Origin: the human T2T-CHM13v2.0 reference genome, Homo sapiens
Length of the DNA stretch: 64,000 nt
NCBI RefSeq assembly: GCF_009914755.1
Contig: NC_060945.1
Strand: one strand, 5' to 3'
Shown here: in pieces, positions 58,003 through 64,000 of the stretch
Layout of the letters: every line of letters starts with the position of its first letter
Numbering within the stretch: position 1 is the first letter of the stretch
Position numbers and translations under genes: made by a program
Notes under the pieces: generated by a model
The model's input: only the letters and a program-made list of their open reading frames with translations
Databases searched by the model: none
Told to the model about the DNA's origin: nothing

Positions 58003-58048
58003 TATATATATACACATACATATAACATATATATATATTATGTATATA
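57567..58048. repeat. Duplicated compound microsatellite cassette [(TG)n - 43 bp - (AT)-rich - (CA)n] x2
   Basis: Identical 43-bp spacer at 57612-57654 and 57901-57943; ~178-bp pure A/T tract at 57655-57832. Confidence 0.95.
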
Positions 58049-58054
58049 AAGTGG

Positions 58055-58444
58055 TGCAATGGACTATATGTTTATGTCTTCCCAAAATTCATATATTGCC
58101 ACGGAGAGGGGCTTCTGGGAAACCAGTCCTACTAAACCCTAAGGTACTAGTATTAGGAGGTGGGACCTCTGGGAGGTGATTAGGTCATGAGGGAGGAGAC
58201 TTCAAGAATGGTATTGCTGCTTTTATAAAAGGGATCCCAGAGAGATTGTTTGCCCCTTCTACCATGTGGGGGCACAGGGAGAAAACAGCCATCTCTTAGG
58301 ACTGGGCCCTCAGCAGACACTAAATCTGCCAGTGCCTTGATCTTGGACTTCCCATCCTCCAAAACTGAGAGAAATAAATTTCTTTTGTGTGAAAGCCGCC
58401 CAGTCTATGGTATTTTCATTAGAGCAACCCAAACAGGACTGAGA
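58055..58444 (+). mobile_element. MLT1A0-like solo LTR
   Basis: 'ggaggtgattaggtcatgaggg...gccttgatcttggacttccc'. Confidence 0.88.
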
Positions 58445-58604
58445 GAAGTAGTATTGCTGGAACAGGGGAAACAATAATGGTAAAATATACAGGGTGGAGG
58501 GGCCCTGGTCTTTAGAGACATCATCTTCTTTCTTATCCTTGGGCAGAAGCAGCAGGAAACTAACAAGAACTTCCAGCAGCAGGTGCATGGTGAGCTCATC
58601 ACTA

Positions 58605-58962
58605 TTGCAGTCACATCAGGCTGCCATTCAGGATACCAAAGATGGGGCAGCTTACACACCAGGCATGACTTTCTCAGTTTTGGAGGCTGTAAGTCCAAAA
58701 TCAAGGTGGCAGCCAATTCTGTTCCTGGTGAGAGTCCTCTTCCTGGTTTGCAGATGACTGGCTACTCTCTGAATCCTTACATAAGGAAGAGAGCAATCAT
58801 CTCTCTCCTGTGTCTTCTCCTAAGAGTGCTAATCCCATTCATGAGGGCTCCACCCGCATGACCTATCACCCCCAAAACCCCATCTCCAAATACCATCACT
58901 TTAGGGATTAGGACTTCAACAGAGAAATTCAGGGAGGGGACCACAAACACTCAGTGCACATC
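58605..58962 (-). mobile_element. MLT1A-type solo LTR
   Basis: 'ggaggctgtaagtccaaaatcaaggtg...ctaatcccattcatgagggctccacc'. Confidence 0.85.
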
Positions 58963-59649
58963 AGTAACTCACAACTTCTCTCGTAGTTCCCTGTGGATGT
59001 GTGGAAGAATGGGTATCTGTCAAAAGTTAGACACACCAGGGGAAAGGAAAGCCTGGTGATTCTATAGAACCTTCCTTGTACTCCCGTCTCCAATTCAGGA
59101 TCCAATGGCAGGAGAATGGGCAACAAAATGCCCTGAGAATCTCATGAGGTCAGCACAGAAGATGCCATGAGTCTCCTGTGATGTTGGGAAAGGAATCTCT
59201 CTCAGTGGACACTGTGCGGAGGGAAGGAGGGTCTGGGAAACAATGCCTCTCTTGCCTTTTTAAATCTAAGAATTGCACATTCAGAGGGGAGTGGGAGTAC
59301 AGTCATGTCATCATCTCCACATTTCATTTGATAAAGGATAGACGGTTTTGAGTCATAGACCTTTAAATATGCATGGGGTGGGGGTGGCATTAGATGAACC
59401 CTAGTCTCAAGTTGCTGGGTGAGATGAAGTCAAACAGTATCAAACCCTTTCATTCTCCTAAAAATGAGCCAAGACCATGAGCTGTAGGTAGGCATTTGCT
59501 CCAAAATGATATATTGCAGTTTTGCAACTTTCCTTTCTGTGGCTGCTGCTGTCCAAAATGCCACTTCCCTCTTAAGTTCTTCTATGCACAGTTAGAAAGA
59601 TAAAATGCTAAGCAGTTGAAAAGGGTTGAAAAAGAAAGATGTAGGTTTA

Positions 59650-60360
59650 GGTCCGGAGCCTGGCGCACCCGCCCTAATTTGAGTCAGGGACCCTAGGCGC
59701 CTGCAGCTCTGGTTCGGGTTGAGTGCCTCCTGTCAGGATGTGAAGCTGCTGTCCCCCCCGGGGGCCTCCAGCACTGCTGAGGACTCAGCAGTCAGGCTCT
59801 CCTCCCACTTGGGCTCATTTACAGAGAGCATCTCCAGGAATCAGTCATGGGGAAAGGGGAAACGCGGAGTGACAACACAACACGTAGAAAGTTCTCTGCC
59901 GCCTTGGTCAGGCTTGTCAGCCTCACAGCCCATCCTGCTCCTGCGGGAGGAAAAGTGAGCAGAACTCAGCCCGGAGATGAGCCGCAGGCCGGCAGCCCCT
60001 GCCTCTGCCCTGCTTGTTGTGACTGCAATGCAAGGCTCTCTGTAGGTGCGGGGGATTCGGGTTAAATGGGTCTCCAGTGGTCCAGCGCTCCCAGCAAAGG
60101 CCGACCACAAGAATTAGCGGGCTAGTTATTTACCATAACCATATACAAAACCACAAGCATCAGCGTTCCCTCAAATACATCCGAGACGCTGTATATCTCT
60201 TTATTAAAGCCTGTCAGGGTTTGTTATTGCACAGCTTGGCCTTGAACCCCAACTAAACCAGGCTGCTTGAGCAAAGAACCAAGCAATGCAAGCATTCAGG
60301 CAGGACCATTATAACCCTGAGGCCAAAGGCAGAAGCAGGGAGAGGAGACGTCTTCCTCTC
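59650..60360. promoter_or_regulatory. Non-repetitive GC/CpG-enriched candidate enhancer or promoter
   Basis: About 20 CpGs in ~540 bp; KLF/SP-like cacccgccc, AP-1 tgagtca (59680-59686), two RUNX accaca, FOX-like ttatttac. Confidence 0.5.
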
Positions 60361-60913
60361 CTGCCTCTCTCCTTTCACTTTCACTTCGAATTGATTTTTA
60401 ACTACATTCGAGCTCACGATGATAGATGGCTGTAAAATATTTTAATCATTCATAAATAAAGTATTTATCTTGTGTGAGTTATCCGGTCTCCTTCACTTTA
60501 ATGAACACAGTATACATCACGCTAATCCATTACTATCAATCATAGGTTTCAAGGTAGGCAATGTAAAAACTTAGAATTGTTGTCATCCCTTCTAGGCCTT
60601 TGGACTAAGATCAGGTTTGGTTGCTATTCTTATCTGTTTGCTTAGTTTTACTTTGCCTCGTTCTCAGACCTATTTTTTTCAAAGCCATGATGTATGCATT
60701 CTAGCACATTGATGTCATTTTGAGTTCAAATGCCCCACTGGTTAAGAAAACAGCACAATGTGGAATTTTCAGCTTTCAAAAAGGTCTTTGCTACAAGACA
60801 ACTCAGATAAAGAATTTAGCAATAGCCAAGATAGAGTGGTGGTGATTAAGTGATGTAATCAAAGGATTGCAATTCCCATTCTAAATAACTCTCTAACTTC
60901 AAATTTGACTATG

Positions 60914-61022
60914 GGGTGACCAACCTATCGGGGTGTATGTTGAACTTTCCTGGTTTGAGCACTGAAATTTGCATGTCCTGAGAACTCCGAGTCCCAGGCA
61001 AGCCAGCCTGGCTAGTCACCTA
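60914..61022. mobile_element. MER81 MITE
   Basis: gggtgaccaacc...agcactgaaa...agtcacct termini. Confidence 0.75.
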
Positions 61023-62054
61023 ACTATGATAAATTCAGTCTTCGGCATAAGTACATACTGTTAAAACTTCATGTGTTAAGACACAAGAAGGCAACCATCA
61101 ATCTATGGTGTGAACTAGATGGAGAAGCTCCCCACTGGTGGAACACAGGACAGTCTGTACAAAGGGCAAACTCTTGCTAGTTGACTTCTCCTGCCTGTCA
61201 CCACCACCTCTAGATTTTGAGTAGTTGGAAGTGGTCTCTGCAGGTACTTCTGAAGCTACAGGAATCTCTGGGCCACGGGTGTCTTCTTCAGGGCTTTTTC
61301 CTCCCCTGGTAGCATTCATAGGCTTTTTCAAACACAGGGTCTTCCCTTTAAAGGACTAGCAAGATGAAAAGAGCAAGGCTGCCCTTAGGTATAGCTGCAA
61401 ACTCCACAGAGAAGAGGACAACTCTGTTCTGTCACCACCGCCACCTGTCCTGCTTTGGCTAAAGCTAATGATGACTGGGGAAGGAAAGGTTCCCTATCTT
61501 GTGGCCCTGGAGCAGCCCTGGGACCATCTCTTTGCCTCTTAGGTCCACAAAGCCTCCTGAATTTAGTACAATGCTGGCCCCTGGGGTCCCCCTTTGAAGA
61601 GCAGGATAGTTGAACTTTGTAGAATGTAAATTACACATACAGTACAACCTCCTGGAAAAACACAGCGTCTGAATGCCCTTTGACCTCCTGGATCATGATT
61701 CCTTTGTCCCCTACATAAGGAAAACAGAAAATATGTTCTATAAATAGTTTCTCTTTCACCTTTTTAGAAAAAAAGTTGAAAAACTAAAGGGAAAGAAAGA
61801 AGAGGAAAAAGAAAGTTTATCAATACCTGTATAACTGAGGAAACCGTTTCCTGTTTCTATTGTATATTGAAAAACCAACTTACGAATCACCCTTGCTTGC
61901 TAAATGATTTACAAAGGTCAGTAATGAGGAACTCCGAGACGCAACCTCAGTTTCACTTGGCAGCTTTATGTGGACATCCTCACATTTGGAAACAAGAAGT
62001 GAATTTCATCTCTACACCCCTTAAAACATCCATCAGGTTAAAATAAGGAGCAGT

Positions 62055-62205
62055 CAATGTAAATGTTTAACAACCAGTTCTCGGTGGGAAGGGCAGAGGG
62101 GAAGCTCTGGTTTGTAGGGTCCGTGGATTCCCATGATGTAAGTACTCCCACCATGCTGAGTTCAAGTTACCAAGGTGATGTCACTGAACCAGAGTTGGGA
62201 AAACG
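62055..62205 (+). mobile_element. MER63-like element
   Basis: 'gtaaatgtttaacaacc...tactcccaccatg...gtcactgaac...gagttggga'. Confidence 0.7.
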
Positions 62206-62283
62206 TTCTCTAGGGCTGGGTAAGTGAAGGGTAGGCAGGTGTCTTCAGCACAAGAGGAGAAACAGAAGGAAAACTGGCTAGAA

Positions 62284-62454
62284 CAGTGGTTCTCAACCCT
62301 GGCTGCATATCAGCATCAACTGCTGGGCTTAAAAAAAGTGCCCAGGCCACACTCCAACCAACGAAGTTGGACTTTCTATGCGTAGGACCCAGGGATTCCT
62401 GTGATTGAAACTCCTGAGGCAATTCTAATGTGCAGCTGAGACTGAGAACCACTG
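62284..62454. mobile_element. MER5A-type element, complete
   Basis: TIRs cagtggttctca / tgagaaccactg. Confidence 0.85.
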
Positions 62455-63122
62455 CTCTTTCACGGAGCTTGAGTAGTATTCCCTTTTGCAGAAATGCCTC
62501 AAATACTTCTGAGACATTGTATACCTCTTTACAATAGCTTGTCAGGGATTCGCAGTTTAGAAACTGCAAAACCGTGAGTAGGATGGCAATCATTCTTGAG
62601 TGACACCTTTTGGCAGGGCTATGCTTGCCATGGTCATACAACCATGGGGGATGAAATGAGGACCCAGTTGAAAGAACGTGATAACCCCAACATGCACAAA
62701 GTGCTCTGAGGCCTCTCAGCTAAGAGATGGCTGCACTTTTCAGCCTGCTTTGATTGCAATACAATCTGTAGGTGTGGTGATTTGGGTAATTAGATATCCA
62801 GTTATATGCAATATATTCTGTTTTCCTTTTCATTTAGGCTAAGACATTGATATGAGTGACTATTTACCTGAAGCAAGTAAAGATATTGGTATATATTATG
62901 AATGTAGAAAAGGTGAAAAATGCTAGAAATAGCACAAAAACTAGAGAAATGTCATGATATAACTCTTAATGAAGTTTCTGACACGTGTCTATGGTGTGTT
63001 TAATAACTGTGTATGCTGTATATTAAGTATGGAGAGAACCCTATCAAGATTGAGAGAACTCTTGTTTTGGTTAGGCACTGGGGAGAAATGAATCTACCAC
63101 TTCTGCGTTTTTAAGAAAATGT

Positions 63123-63423
63123 CCTAATCCTAACACTTCGGGAGTCCAAAGTGGGCAGATCTCTTGAGTCCAGGAGTTCAAGATCAGCCTGAGTAACATA
63201 GCAAGACATTGTCTCTACAAAAATTTAGCCGGGCATGCTGGCACATGCCTGTAGTCCCAGCTACTGTAGAGGCTGAGGCAGGGGGATCGCTTGTGCCCAG
63301 GAATTTGAGGCTACAGTGAGCTGTGATTGTATCACTGCTTTAGCCTGGGTGACAGAATGAGACCTGGTCTCCAAAAGAAAAGGAAACAAAAGAAGAGGAA
63401 AGAAAAGAGAAGAGAAGAAAGAA
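63123..63423 (+). mobile_element. AluJ-type SINE with (GAAAA)n tail, slightly 5'-truncated
   Basis: Dimeric Alu; aagaaaatgt on both flanks. Confidence 0.9.
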
Positions 63424-63431
63424 AAGAAAAT

Positions 63432-63905
63432 GTTTTTGTTGAAGTACATGCACACATAGAACAGTGCAAAAATCATAAGTTTATATCTCAGCAAATTTTC
63501 TCAAAGTGAATATATCTATGTAACCCCCATGCCAGATCAGAAGATGGACATCCCAGTACACCAGGACCTTCACTTGGCCCCACCTGGCACTGGTCTTCTC
63601 TCCTTCATGTAACCACTATCCTGATGGGTGACCACACATCAGCTCCCCTGGTCTTTGAACTTCATAGAAATAGAATCATCCAGAATGTACCCTTTTGTAT
63701 TGGGCTTCTTTTACTCAACATTATTTGTGAGCTTTGTCAATGATGTGACTTGTAGCAGTAATTCATTCATTCTCATTTTTGGATAGTATTCCATTGCATG
63801 GATTATGCCCCAATTCATTTATACATTCTGCTATTGATCTAAGTTTTGACACTTACAAATACTTCTCCTATGAACATTCTTGTACATGTCCTTTGGTGCA
63901 TATGA
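63432..63905 (-). mobile_element. L1ME-like 3' end
   Basis: 'tttgaacttcatagaaatagaatcat...cttttactcaacattat...tagtattccattgcatgg'. Confidence 0.75.
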
Positions 63906-64000
63906 GTTTATAATGTGTCTTTGTTTTAAATTTCTGTCCAATAAAACTCTGTCCAGTGTCTGGTGAAGCTGAAGTTCACATAGCACTTCAGGTTATGACC

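Overview
Primate (human-like) intergenic/intronic DNA, rich in repeats, with no host protein-coding exon I can recognise. The main feature is a full-length L1PA2-type LINE-1 on the minus strand (~24667-30696). It has TSDs, an intact ORF1, an intact antisense ORF0, and an ORF2 broken by one extra T in a homopolymer. The ORF track misses a full-length RPL34 processed pseudogene (2956-3387, minus) inserted into a MIR. Other repeats: two truncated L1PA copies, Alus, MIR/L2/L1M relics, MLT and other LTRs, and MITEs (MADE1, MER53, MER81, MER5A, MER20, MER91). The most unusual structure is a 174-bp sequence I cannot assign to any repeat family. It occurs as two direct copies (38607-38780, 40881-41054) plus a 118-bp inverted copy inserted into an old L1MC (33949-34066), which points to local templated copying. 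Also notable: other template-switch/duplication scars, a duplicated compound TG/TA/CA microsatellite cassette, a MADE1 hairpin with paired substitutions in both arms, a perfect 4-unit heat-shock element, and a plausible L1-antisense-promoter chimeric transcript. Repeat subfamily calls come from remembered consensus sequences, and boundaries of old repeats are approximate.
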